Shown here one piece after another: positions 14,675-23,617 of a DNA stretch of 64,000 nt; the stretch's first letter is position 1; each line of letters starts with the position of its first letter. The position numbers and the translations under genes are program-made. The notes under the pieces were generated by a model that saw only the letters and a program-made list of their open reading frames with translations, had not been told where the DNA came from and made no database searches. The DNA is from Eubacteriales bacterium (GTDB lineage: Bacteria > Bacillota > Clostridia > Oscillospirales > QAKW01). Location: contig JAZQJG010000034.1 of NCBI GenBank assembly GCA_045541535.1, forward strand, positions 86,143-150,142, written 5' to 3'.

Positions 14675-16900
14675 GTGAAACAATTCGGACAATTTTGTGA
14701 AAACGGATATAAAATCACCGAGCGCAATCTCCCCCGCCCCCAGAACAACTATCTGTGCAACGACGAATACGTTGCCGCCTACTCTCAAGTGGGCGACGGA
14801 TACGGTTTTGCAAAAGACGAAGCAGGAAGAAAATTGAATATCGTAATGGACCGCGCTGTTTATATCTCTGACGGAGAGCGCTGCTGGCAGGCAGGCGGTT
14901 TGCCGGTACAGCGAAATCTGCAACATTACGAATGTGTTCACGGCATAGGATTTACCGAGGTCACCGTCAGCCACCGTGGAATTCGCACGAAATGCAGATA
15001 TTTTGTGCCCAAACAAGGAAAACGGGAATTTTTATGCGTAAGCCTTAAAAACGAAGCAAAACAAGCTAAAAGTCTGAAGGTTGTCCCCTATTATGCTACC
15101 GGTATCGATCAAAACAATCAAGGCGGTCACGGCGACTTTTGCGAAGAAAGCAACTGTGTAATCGTCTCTGCCTACGCCACCTTTGACTCCCAGCAGGCAA
15201 CAAAACATTACGCCTATCTGAGTGCTGTAGATACAGCAACCGGTTATGATGCCCGTCACAACGCCTTTATTGGTCCGTATGGTCATAAATTACAGCCCGC
15301 AGCAATTGCCGAACAAATGGGATGCACCAATTCAAACTGTATCAACGACAAAATCTGTCTCGCCCTTGAAAACAGTATCACCCTTGCTCCCGGCGAACGT
15401 AAAGTATTTTATTATGCCATTGGCGCAGAAAATTCTGCCGACCAAATTCCAACCTTCAGCGCCGAAGAAATAGATCAAGCATTTGAAGCAGTTTGCGACG
15501 CTATGGTAGACGACGGCTCTTTGCGTTTCCACACACCATGGGATGACCTGGATGCACTGAGCAACGTATGGCTTAAACAACAAGTGCGCCTCGGCTCACG
15601 TTGGGGTGCTGTTGCCTACTGCACCTTGCGTGATCTGGCTATTCATATTGAGGCGCTGAGTTGCTTTGCACCCCGGCTTGCGGCTGAAAGAATGTGCCAG
15701 CTGCTTACTCATCAATTTGAAAGCGGCCAATTGCCCCACAGCATTGAAGAAAAGCCCACCGAACTTCTCCCCTGTGCTGAAAGCACCCTGCGCCCCATCA
15801 TCACAGCATACGCCATCACAAAAGAATTGGGTGACGTGGACTTTTTGCTTCGCAAAATCCCGTTTAATAACGGCACGAATGCCACAGTATACGACCACTT
15901 GAAGCAAGCACTCTCTTATCTTTGGAAAACCACGGGACATATGGGGCTGATCAAAACTCGTTTTGATTGTAACGCAGAGCAAAACGATAAATACGTCAGC
16001 ATTCATCTATCTGCCGCCTATGTGCAGTCCGCCGAAATGTTTTCGGAGATGGCCAACTGGATCGGCAGTGCCGCCGATTCCAGAACGGGTGCCCATTATG
16101 CACAGGAGATGAAAAAGCGTGTTAACGCCTATGCCTGGAGCGAAAGCAGATACATATACGCAATCGCCGATAACAAGCATCTCATTGGCGCAAAAAGTTG
16201 TCCGGAGGGCTCACTGTTCGCTCTGCCCCAGATTTACAGCGTATTATCCGATTTCGACGTTGAGCGCAGTGCCGCCGCCATGGATTCGCTTGAAATAGAG
16301 CTAAACACCGATGCCGGTCTCCTTTACTGCGCGCCGCCTTTTTCAGAAACCAAAACTTACATTGACGGCATTGATAAGGTGCAAGCCGGCTCCAAAGAAA
16401 ACGGCGGCATTGATTTGCTGACTTCCGTGCTCAAATTGGCGGCAGACAGCAAACTGCAACGAAATGACAAAATTGATGAAGGCTTGCGGAAACTGCTTCC
16501 GGAGCATCACGAATTCGCCCCCACCTATGGTGAGCCTTACAAGCTGGCCTCCTTCTACTATGCAGAGCAAGCCGGATACCGTGCCGGTCAGGCGGACGAC
16601 CTTCCTTGTTCCGCTGCCGGTGGTGCCTTGCTATATGTAATGACACGCTATCTGTATGGAATTCGGCCGGAGTTTGGCGGTTTGCTGATCCGCCCCTGTC
16701 TGCCCGTTAGCTGGAAAGATTGTTCTCTGACAAAATGGTTCAGGGGTTGCCGTTACAACATCCACTACATCCAAAAGGACAAAGGAATCTGCAATACCAT
16801 CGACGGCATTTTTGTAAACGGAAAAGAAGTCAATCCCCAACTGCCCATTCGTCCCCAGCCCGGCAAAACGCTGAATATTGAAGTAATTCTTCGTACATAA
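14675..16900 (+). CDS. GH94/GT36-like (alpha/alpha)6-barrel glycoside phosphorylase/hydrolase family protein
   Basis: The N-terminus resembles cellobiose/chitobiose phosphorylases (FGQFCENGYKITERNLPRPQNNYL...GDGYGF...YISDGERCW). No signal peptide is evident. The start is a GTG at 14675, 7 nt after AGGAGG. Family assignment is by recollection only. Confidence 0.5.
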   Translation: MKQFGQFCENGYKITERNLPRPQNNYLCNDEYVAAYSQVGDGYGFAKDEAGRKLNIVMDRAVYISDGERCWQAGGLPVQRNLQHYECVHGIGFTEVTVSHRGIRTKCRYFVPKQGKREFLCVSLKNEAKQAKSLKVVPYYATGIDQNNQGGHGDFCEESNCVIVSAYATFDSQQATKHYAYLSAVDTATGYDARHNAFIGPYGHKLQPAAIAEQMGCTNSNCINDKICLALENSITLAPGERKVFYYAIGAENSADQIPTFSAEEIDQAFEAVCDAMVDDGSLRFHTPWDDLDALSNVWLKQQVRLGSRWGAVAYCTLRDLAIHIEALSCFAPRLAAERMCQLLTHQFESGQLPHSIEEKPTELLPCAESTLRPIITAYAITKELGDVDFLLRKIPFNNGTNATVYDHLKQALSYLWKTTGHMGLIKTRFDCNAEQNDKYVSIHLSAAYVQSAEMFSEMANWIGSAADSRTGAHYAQEMKKRVNAYAWSESRYIYAIADNKHLIGAKSCPEGSLFALPQIYSVLSDFDVERSAAAMDSLEIELNTDAGLLYCAPPFSETKTYIDGIDKVQAGSKENGGIDLLTSVLKLAADSKLQRNDKIDEGLRKLLPEHHEFAPTYGEPYKLASFYYAEQAGYRAGQADDLPCSAAGGALLYVMTRYLYGIRPEFGGLLIRPCLPVSWKDCSLTKWFRGCRYNIHYIQKDKGICNTIDGIFVNGKEVNPQLPIRPQPGKTLNIEVILRT

Positions 16901-16930
16901 AAAGTTCCACCCAACAGGGTGGAACTTTTA
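16899..16930. terminator. Bidirectional intrinsic terminator
   Basis: AAAAGTTCCACCC-AACA-GGGTGGAACTTTT lies between the convergent GH94-like and thrS genes. Confidence 0.8.
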
Positions 16931-18694
16931 TTATACTCGGTCTTTGATTTCGGTGGTGATTTTTTCCAGGAAGGCCTCTAAAGACATAGTCTCCGTTTTA
17001 GCGGTGTCACGGTTACGGACGGCAACCGTTCCTTCCTCCACTTCCTTCTGGCCGATGACCAGCATATACGGTACACGGTCAACCATCTGCGCCTCTCGGA
17101 TCAGATAACCGATCTTCTCATTACGATCATCAAGCTCGCAACGGATACCGGCAGCACGAAGGGCTTCGTACACCTTTTTGCCGTATTCGGCGCTCTTTTC
17201 AGAAACCAACAATACTTTAACCTGAGTTGGAGCAAGCCATGCGGGGAACTTACCGGCAAAGTGTTCGGTGAGAACACCGATAAATCTCTCAATGGAGCCA
17301 AAGCATACTCTGTGGATCATAATAGGACGTTGCTTTTCGCCCTTTTCATCAATATACTCAAGTTCAAAATTGATGGGCATCTGGAAGTCAAGCTGAATGG
17401 TACCGCACTGCCAGGTTCTGCCGATGGAGTCCTCCAGATGGAAGTCAATCTTAGGACCGTAAAATGCACCGTCGCCCTCGTTGACGATATAATTGAGGCC
17501 CAATTTATCCAGCGCATCCTTCAGACCGTTGGTTGCGGCCTCCCAATCCTCGTCACTGCCCATACTGTCCTCCGGACGGGTGGAAAGCTCAACAAAATAT
17601 TTAAATCCGAACTTTTCATACACTTCGTTGATCATATGAACAACGTTCATAATCTCGTCGGTAATCTGCTCTTTACGCATAAAGATATGAGCATCGTCTT
17701 GGGTAAAGCAACGCACACGGAACAGACCGTGCAGAGCGCCCTTCAGTTCGTGACGATGAACCAGACCCAACTCGCCCACACGCATCGGAAGATCACGGTA
17801 GCTGTGCGGCTGATTGCGATATACAAGAACACCACCGGGGCAGTTCATAGGCTTTACGCAGAAAATGTCTTCGTCGATACTGGTGGAATACATGTTGTCT
17901 TTATAATGATCCCAATGTCCACTGGTTTCCCACAGATGACGATTCATAATCAAAGGAGTAGAAACCTCCAGATAATTCTCTCTGGTATGGATCTCTCTCC
18001 AATAATCAATCAAGGCATTCTTCAGCGCCATACCCTTGGGCAGGAAGAAAGGAAAACCGGGGGCTTCTTCATTCATCATAAACAAGCCCATTTCTTTGCC
18101 AATACGACGGTGATCACGCTTTTCTGCCTCTTCCAGCAGTTTCAGATATGCTTCCAGTTCCTCGTTGTTGCGGAAAGCAATACCCTTCACGCGGGTCAGC
18201 ATCTTATTATCCTTGTCATTTTTCCAGTAAGCGCCGCTTTGCGCCATGATTTTAAATGCCTTGAGCGCCTTGGTATAGCACAGATGAGGGCCGACACACA
18301 TATCAATATAGTCCCCCTGCTGGTAGAAGCTGATGGGGGCATCCTCCGCCAGATCACCAATATGCTCCACCTTATAGATCTCGCCACGGTCAGCCATCAA
18401 TTTGATGGCTTCGTCTCTGGGCAAAATATAGGGTTTGATGGGTAAGTTTTCTTTAACGATCTTACGCATCTCCTGTTCAATCGCCTGCAGATCCTCATCC
18501 GTAAGCTTATCATCTCCCAGGTCCACGTCATAATAAAAACCATTGTCCGTGGCAGGACCATAGGCGAAATGAGCGTGGGGATACAGACGCTGAATCGCCT
18601 GTGCCATAATATGAGCCGCCGAATGGCGAATCACGTGCAGTTCTTCTGCTTCAGGACACTGAACGACGCTGCCGTCATTGTGAATAACTTTCAT
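16931..18694 (-). CDS. thrS: Threonyl-tRNA synthetase (short form, N-terminal TGS domain essentially absent)
   Basis: Editing-domain motif IRHSAAHIMAQAI appears by residue 22. Class II core motifs are present (FRVRCFTQDDAHIF, GAFYGPKIDF), as is an anticodon-binding domain. A Thr T-box lies upstream. Confidence 0.95.
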   Translation of the reverse strand: MKVIHNDGSVVQCPEAEELHVIRHSAAHIMAQAIQRLYPHAHFAYGPATDNGFYYDVDLGDDKLTDEDLQAIEQEMRKIVKENLPIKPYILPRDEAIKLMADRGEIYKVEHIGDLAEDAPISFYQQGDYIDMCVGPHLCYTKALKAFKIMAQSGAYWKNDKDNKMLTRVKGIAFRNNEELEAYLKLLEEAEKRDHRRIGKEMGLFMMNEEAPGFPFFLPKGMALKNALIDYWREIHTRENYLEVSTPLIMNRHLWETSGHWDHYKDNMYSTSIDEDIFCVKPMNCPGGVLVYRNQPHSYRDLPMRVGELGLVHRHELKGALHGLFRVRCFTQDDAHIFMRKEQITDEIMNVVHMINEVYEKFGFKYFVELSTRPEDSMGSDEDWEAATNGLKDALDKLGLNYIVNEGDGAFYGPKIDFHLEDSIGRTWQCGTIQLDFQMPINFELEYIDEKGEKQRPIMIHRVCFGSIERFIGVLTEHFAGKFPAWLAPTQVKVLLVSEKSAEYGKKVYEALRAAGIRCELDDRNEKIGYLIREAQMVDRVPYMLVIGQKEVEEGTVAVRNRDTAKTETMSLEAFLEKITTEIKDRV

Positions 18695-18725
18695 TTTGTA
18701 TATCTCCTTTAAATATTTTCAAATT

Positions 18726-18945
18726 AAAAACACCCCTGGCAACTCACGTTGCCAAGGGTGCGATTGCACGGTTCCACCTTGGGTTTCACTCTTACTTCTT
18801 TAACGCAGAAATACGTTATCGCTTACTGCAGTTTCGGCGATACAGCTCAGGAATGGTCTTCATCGGTTTGCTTTCGGAAGGCTTACAGCCAACGACCTCC
18901 CTCTCTGTAGAAAACGCACTCGATTACTCTTTCCGTCTTTGCTTT
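18726..18945 (-). promoter_or_regulatory. T-box leader, specifier ACC (Thr), with terminator
   Basis: On the minus strand the leader reads AGACGGAAAGAGTA...CAGAGAGG...GAAG-ACC-A-TTCCTGAGCT. The T-box core is AACCCAAGGTGGAACCGTG. The terminator is CACCCTTGGCAAC...GTTGCCAGGGGTG followed by TTTTT. The ACC specifier is at 18855-18857. Confidence 0.85.
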
Positions 18946-18951
18946 TATTTG

Positions 18952-18980
18952 ATTATAACACCAAGCGTTTCACTTGTCAA
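18952..18980 (-). promoter_or_regulatory. Sigma-A promoter (extended -10) for the thrS leader
   Basis: TTGACA-17 nt-(TGT)TATAAT on the minus strand. Confidence 0.65.
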
Positions 18981-18989
18981 TCAGTGTTT

Positions 18990-19754
18990 TTAGTCAAGAC
19001 TGCGCAGGAATTTGATGCAACGGCCAACCTCTTCGGCGCCGGTGGGATCTAAGCCCTCGGATTCAACTACCATACGGACGTTGTTCTTAATTGCCCACTC
19101 GCGGAAAACAGTGACGGGCGCCTGACCCTCACCCAAGGCCTTCCCTTTGACACCGGTGTGAACGTCATCATAATTCTTATTTTCGGGGGCAGAGGGGAAA
19201 CCGTCCTTAAGGTGGATCACGGAAATACGGCCTTTGTTTGCTTCCAAAAATGCCAACGCATCAATGCCGGAATTGAAAGCCCAGAAGGTATCCACCTCAA
19301 TTTCAACGTTGGTACGATTCAAAATCTCGGTTTCAACAATCTGACCGTCACGGTTGGGCACCAGTTCTCTGGAATGATTGTGATAACCCAGACGAAGGCC
19401 ATTATCCTTCAACATTTTTTCAGCATAGTTCAAACGAGCGATCTGAAGATCCAAAGTAAAGGCATCGCCAAAACGCATACCGGGTACGATAATGGTATCG
19501 CAACCGATGGTTTTGTGATAAGCAATGGTCTTTTCAATTTTTTCAGGAGCAAGTTCGACAAGGTGAGTATGAGTACCGGAGCAAATCAAACCATACTCGT
19601 CCAGCCAAGACTTAACATCCTCAGCAGTGTTGCCGAAAAAACCAGCAAACTCAATGTATTTATAGCCAAGTTCTGCAACCTTTTTCAGTGCGCCACGCAG
19701 ATCCTCAGCAGCCATATCGCGAATGCTGAACATTTGTAATCCGTATTCAACCAT
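18990..19754 (-). CDS. Xylose-isomerase-like TIM-barrel protein (sugar phosphate isomerase/epimerase family)
   Basis: AP_endonuc_2-type pattern: YKYIEFAGFF..., GYHNHSRE, HLKD. The start is the ATG at 19754 after GGAGG; the listed start at 19769 is a TTG inside the RBS. Confidence 0.8.
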   Translation of the reverse strand: MVEYGLQMFSIRDMAAEDLRGALKKVAELGYKYIEFAGFFGNTAEDVKSWLDEYGLICSGTHTHLVELAPEKIEKTIAYHKTIGCDTIIVPGMRFGDAFTLDLQIARLNYAEKMLKDNGLRLGYHNHSRELVPNRDGQIVETEILNRTNVEIEVDTFWAFNSGIDALAFLEANKGRISVIHLKDGFPSAPENKNYDDVHTGVKGKALGEGQAPVTVFREWAIKNNVRMVVESEGLDPTGAEEVGRCIKFLRSLD

Positions 19755-19814
19755 AGTAGTTTCCTCCAAATTTTAGTATATTTTCATTATGCCACCAAAT
19801 TTCATTAAAGTCAA

Positions 19815-19845
19815 TAAAAAAGAGCGCAGAAAAGCGCTCTTTTTA
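19815..19845 (-). terminator. Intrinsic terminator after pcrA
   Basis: AAAAAGAGCGC-loop-GCGCTCTTTTT directly after the pcrA stop. Confidence 0.7.
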
Positions 19846-22080
19846 TCACAGTTTTTCAAGCTTTGCAAAATTAGCCATCACCTTTTTGGGCAGATCAAAT
19901 TTATCAAATTTAATCTCCAACAAAGTGTCATTTCCCATATCGCGGGTAGAAAGCACCACTCCGTCGCCAAATGCTTTGTGCCGCACTCTCGCGCCCACGG
20001 CGTAATGATCTGTGCATTTTGTTCCCGTAGCGCGCCCCACCGTAGAGGTGACAGCCGCAGACGGACGCTTCGGGGTATAAGCCGGCACCCGTTGCGTAGC
20101 CGTGGCAAAGGCGGAAACCGTCGCCTTGCGCTCCTCATACAGCCGCTCTACGTTTTCTTCCGGCAACTCACGTACAAAGCGAGAGGGTTGATAATACGAG
20201 GTTTTACCGTAGAGCATTCGCTGCGCTGCGAACAAAATGTATAGCCGTTTTTTGGCGCGGGTTATGCCAACGTACATTAAGCGACGCTCTTCTTCAATAT
20301 CCTCGGGATTCCCCATACTTTGCAAACCGGGAAAAATACCGTCTTCAACGCCCACCATAAATACGTTGTCAAATTCAAGACCCTTGGCGCTGTGTAACGT
20401 CATCAGCACCACACGGTCATCTGCATCATCCAGTTGATCCACGTCTGTCATCAAAGAAATCTCTTCCAAAAACATTGCAAGAGAAGCCTGTTCATTTTGC
20501 TCCTCATACAGAGTAACGGTGGACAAAAACTCCTGCAAGTTAGCAAGTCGATCCTTGGCCTCTTCAGTATTTTCGGCCAGCAACATCTGGGTATATCCCG
20601 TAGCGGTAAACAATTCACTGACAAGTTGAGAAAGCGTCCCCGTTTCCTTAATATTCGTCAAATGGTGGATGAGGTTTGCAAACTGTTTAAGGCCGGAAAC
20701 CGCTCGGCCCAGTTCGGGGAAATATTCCGCCCGCTCCAGCACATCGAACATACTCATACCCTTTACTTGCGCAATTTCTTCCACTCTGCCTACCGTCGTA
20801 GGACCAATGGCGCGCTTGGGCTCGTTGATAATTCTTTTCAATCTCAAGTTATCGTTGTGGTTTTGAATCAAAAAGAGATAGGACAAAATATCCCGAATTT
20901 CTTTTCTGTCATAAAATCGTACGCCACCGATCACTTTATAAGCAATGCCGGATTTGACCAGAGAACGCTCAATGGCATTAGATTGGGCGTTGGTGCGGTA
21001 CAGAATGGCAAAATCCCTATACTGCGCCTCCCCCTTGGCTACCACATCCAGAATGGTATCGGTAACAAACAAGCTCTCCTCGTATTCATTGGCCAGCTTG
21101 TTCAGATATACCTTCTCTCCGCCCTTTGCCGCCGTCCACAGATTTTTTCCTTTTCTGCCTTCGTTGTGCTTGATGACGTGATTGGCCGCCTCCAAAATGT
21201 GATGGGTGGAACGATAGTTTTGCTCCAGGCGAATTACCTTTGCTCCGGGAAACGTTGTTTCAAAGGATAAAATATTTTCAATGGTTGCGCCACGGAATTT
21301 GTAGATACTCTGATCGTCATCGCCGACAACGCAGATGTTTTTATGATATTCGGAGATCAGACTTACCAGTTGATACTGTAACGGGTTGGTATCCTGATAC
21401 TCGTCCACCATTACGTAACGGAACTGTCTGCCGTAACGCTCCTTGATCTCCGGGAACTGCTCCAAAAGTTCCACAGTCTTTAAGATCATATCATCAAAGT
21501 CCAGGGCGTTGGCATCCTTAAGCTGAGCGCAATATCCCTCATACACCCGTTGAATGCACTGGTTGAGATAATTATTGCCGTATGCCTGCAAAAATTGATC
21601 CGGTAGCACACGGGCGTCCTTGGCTCTGGAAATGAGATTGAGCACCATTTTCGGAGCAATGGACTTTTCATCCATTTCAAACCGTTTGAGCAGGTCTTTG
21701 ATCACCCTGAGAGAGTCATCGGTGGCGTAAATAGAAAAATCTCGGCTATACCCCAAGTTCTCAATTTCACGACGCAACACTCTGGCGCAAAAAGAATGGA
21801 AGGTAGATGCCCAAACATCCGCGCCCGTCTCACCGATCATTGCGGCAATACGCTCCTTGAGTTCCCCGGCCGCCTTGTTGGTAAAGGTGATGGCAAGAAT
21901 CTGATAAGGCTGACACAGCCCTTGCTCCAAAATGTGAGCGATGCGCTGAATCAACACCGTAGTTTTACCACTACCGGCGCCCGCCAAAATCAGCAAAGGG
22001 CCTTCTGTGGTCAGCACCGCCTGCCGTTGCATTTCGTTCATTCGATTAAATTGCTGTTTGATTTTTTCTGTGTCCATCAC
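19846..22080 (-). CDS. pcrA: ATP-dependent DNA helicase PcrA/UvrD
   Basis: Walker A AGAGSGKTTVL, motif II VMVDEYQDTN, and the full set of SF1 motifs; 744 aa. Confidence 0.95.
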   Translation of the reverse strand: MMDTEKIKQQFNRMNEMQRQAVLTTEGPLLILAGAGSGKTTVLIQRIAHILEQGLCQPYQILAITFTNKAAGELKERIAAMIGETGADVWASTFHSFCARVLRREIENLGYSRDFSIYATDDSLRVIKDLLKRFEMDEKSIAPKMVLNLISRAKDARVLPDQFLQAYGNNYLNQCIQRVYEGYCAQLKDANALDFDDMILKTVELLEQFPEIKERYGRQFRYVMVDEYQDTNPLQYQLVSLISEYHKNICVVGDDDQSIYKFRGATIENILSFETTFPGAKVIRLEQNYRSTHHILEAANHVIKHNEGRKGKNLWTAAKGGEKVYLNKLANEYEESLFVTDTILDVVAKGEAQYRDFAILYRTNAQSNAIERSLVKSGIAYKVIGGVRFYDRKEIRDILSYLFLIQNHNDNLRLKRIINEPKRAIGPTTVGRVEEIAQVKGMSMFDVLERAEYFPELGRAVSGLKQFANLIHHLTNIKETGTLSQLVSELFTATGYTQMLLAENTEEAKDRLANLQEFLSTVTLYEEQNEQASLAMFLEEISLMTDVDQLDDADDRVVLMTLHSAKGLEFDNVFMVGVEDGIFPGLQSMGNPEDIEEERRLMYVGITRAKKRLYILFAAQRMLYGKTSYYQPSRFVRELPEENVERLYEERKATVSAFATATQRVPAYTPKRPSAAVTSTVGRATGTKCTDHYAVGARVRHKAFGDGVVLSTRDMGNDTLLEIKFDKFDLPKKVMANFAKLEKL

Positions 22081-22137
22081 GGTTACCGGTATCCTCCAAA
22101 AGTTTAATACCAGTCAAGTATAACACATTTTTATCAA

Positions 22138-22797
22138 TTATGAAATCATTTTCCCAAGTTTTTTTAATATATTTTTTTCAAGTCTTGAAACCGACACCTG
22201 TGAGATCCCCAGTGAAACAGCAGTTTCACTCTGCGTACGGTCTAAAAAGTAGCGTAGCACGATCAATTGCCGCTCCCGTCCCTCCAGTCTTTCCAGTGCT
22301 TGATGAAGAATGATATGATCCAAATCCTTTTCTTGTGTATCCTCTCCCACCAGATCAGCAAGACTCCCTCCCGCTTCGCATTCCCGGTCCAAGGATATCA
22401 CCTGATCCTTAAGTTCCAAGCACTCAACCACGTCTTCCGGGCGAAGCTGCATACTGTCGGCAATTTCCCGTACCGTTGCCTCACGTCCCAAGGTATGAAA
22501 TAAACGTTCCTCCGTTTGCCGAACTTTTGTCGCCCTTTCTTTTAGAGTTCTGGAAACCTTGATGGACCCGTTATCTCTAAAATATGTCTTCAACTCTCCA
22601 ACGATTTTAGCCACCGCATAGGTGGAAAACTTCAAATTCCGAGTGGCGTCAAAGTTTTTAGCAGCTTTAATGAGCCCGAGGGACCCAATCTGCAACAAAT
22701 CCTCAAAATCCGTTCCCCGTCCGACAAAGCGCCGCGCCACCATGGCCACCAAGCCCATATTTTCCGTCACCAATCTGTCGGTTGCCGATACGGTCAT
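22138..22797 (-). CDS. sigF: Sporulation sigma factor F
   Basis: Sigma-70 regions 2-4 are present (region 4.2 HTH SQSETAVSLGISQVSVSRLEKNILKKL). It is third in a spoIIAA-spoIIAB-sigF arrangement, with an ATGA overlap with the spoIIAB stop. Confidence 0.9.
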   Translation of the reverse strand: MTVSATDRLVTENMGLVAMVARRFVGRGTDFEDLLQIGSLGLIKAAKNFDATRNLKFSTYAVAKIVGELKTYFRDNGSIKVSRTLKERATKVRQTEERLFHTLGREATVREIADSMQLRPEDVVECLELKDQVISLDRECEAGGSLADLVGEDTQEKDLDHIILHQALERLEGRERQLIVLRYFLDRTQSETAVSLGISQVSVSRLEKNILKKLGKMIS

Positions 22798-23237
22798 ATA
22801 CCGATATCCTTGCCGCAAATCTGCTTTTCCATAAAAATTCTGGTACCTCGTCCAAGGCGAGAGGTTACCCGCACTTTATCGCAAAAGGTTTCCATAATGG
22901 TAAAGCCCATGCCGCTTCGCTCACCGTTATCACAGGTAGTATATAACGGCTCACGGGCAAGTTCAATATCGTCGATTCCACAGCCTTTATCACGGATAAT
23001 CACCTGCAGGCGGTGATCCTCAAACAGCTTGGCGGTTATGTAAATGATCCCGATCATCTCTTTATAGCCATGAACGATTGAATTGGTGACCGCTTCGGAA
23101 ACGGCCGTTTTCAACTCGCTGATTTCTTCCAGCGTCGGATCCAACTGCGCCGCGAAGGCCGCAACCGCCACTCGAGCGTAGTTCTCATTACAGGACCGGG
23201 ATTCAATCTGCAATTGCATCGTATTAATAGGTTTCAT
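22794..23237 (-). CDS. spoIIAB: Anti-sigma F factor (serine protein kinase)
   Basis: HATPase motifs EAVTNSIVHGY, DKGCGI and SGMGFTIM. The start is the ATG at 23237 after GAGGAG. Confidence 0.9.
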   Translation of the reverse strand: MKPINTMQLQIESRSCNENYARVAVAAFAAQLDPTLEEISELKTAVSEAVTNSIVHGYKEMIGIIYITAKLFEDHRLQVIIRDKGCGIDDIELAREPLYTTCDNGERSGMGFTIMETFCDKVRVTSRLGRGTRIFMEKQICGKDIGI

Positions 23238-23550
23238 AGCAACTCTCCTCAATTTTTACGTATTTTTGCAGTCCGCTCATCATAAGTACCTTGCGAATTG
23301 CACCTTTTAGGTTCACGACGATCAACTCGCCTCCCAAATTACTGCAGGTCTTGCGCCGTCCCATAATCACCGCAAGCCCTGAACTGTCCATAAATCCCAA
23401 ATTCTCAAAATCAAGATATACACGCCTTGGCCGTCGCAAAGAGATTTCAAGATCTATTTTTTCTCCAATTCCTTTGGCCGAATGATGATCCAGTTCACCC
23501 CGCAAGCCAACCCACAGCTCGTCCCCTCTTTTTTCATAGGATATTTCCAT
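23224..23550 (-). CDS. spoIIAA: Anti-sigma F factor antagonist (STAS domain)
   Basis: STAS fold with the phospho-acceptor context FMDSSGLAVIMG. The start is the ATG at 23550 after AGGAGG. Confidence 0.9.
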   Translation of the reverse strand: MEISYEKRGDELWVGLRGELDHHSAKGIGEKIDLEISLRRPRRVYLDFENLGFMDSSGLAVIMGRRKTCSNLGGELIVVNLKGAIRKVLMMSGLQKYVKIEESCYETY

Positions 23551-23565
23551 AATTCCCTCCTGAAA

Positions 23566-23603
23566 CAAAAAATAACCTTTCTGCTTAGTAACAGAAAGGT
23601 TAT
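23566..23603 (-). terminator. Intrinsic terminator after folC, abutting the spoIIAA RBS
   Basis: ATAACCTTTCTG-8 nt-CAGAAAGGTTAT followed by TTTTTTG on the minus strand. Confidence 0.7.
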
Positions 23604-23617
23604 CATAAAGAGTTTGA

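Noticed and set aside
22081-22137. Promoter for pcrA between sigF and pcrA.
   Set aside because: TTGACT and TTGATA hexamers are present, but neither has a correctly spaced -10 partner, so pcrA may be read through from sigF. The evidence is insufficient to call a promoter.
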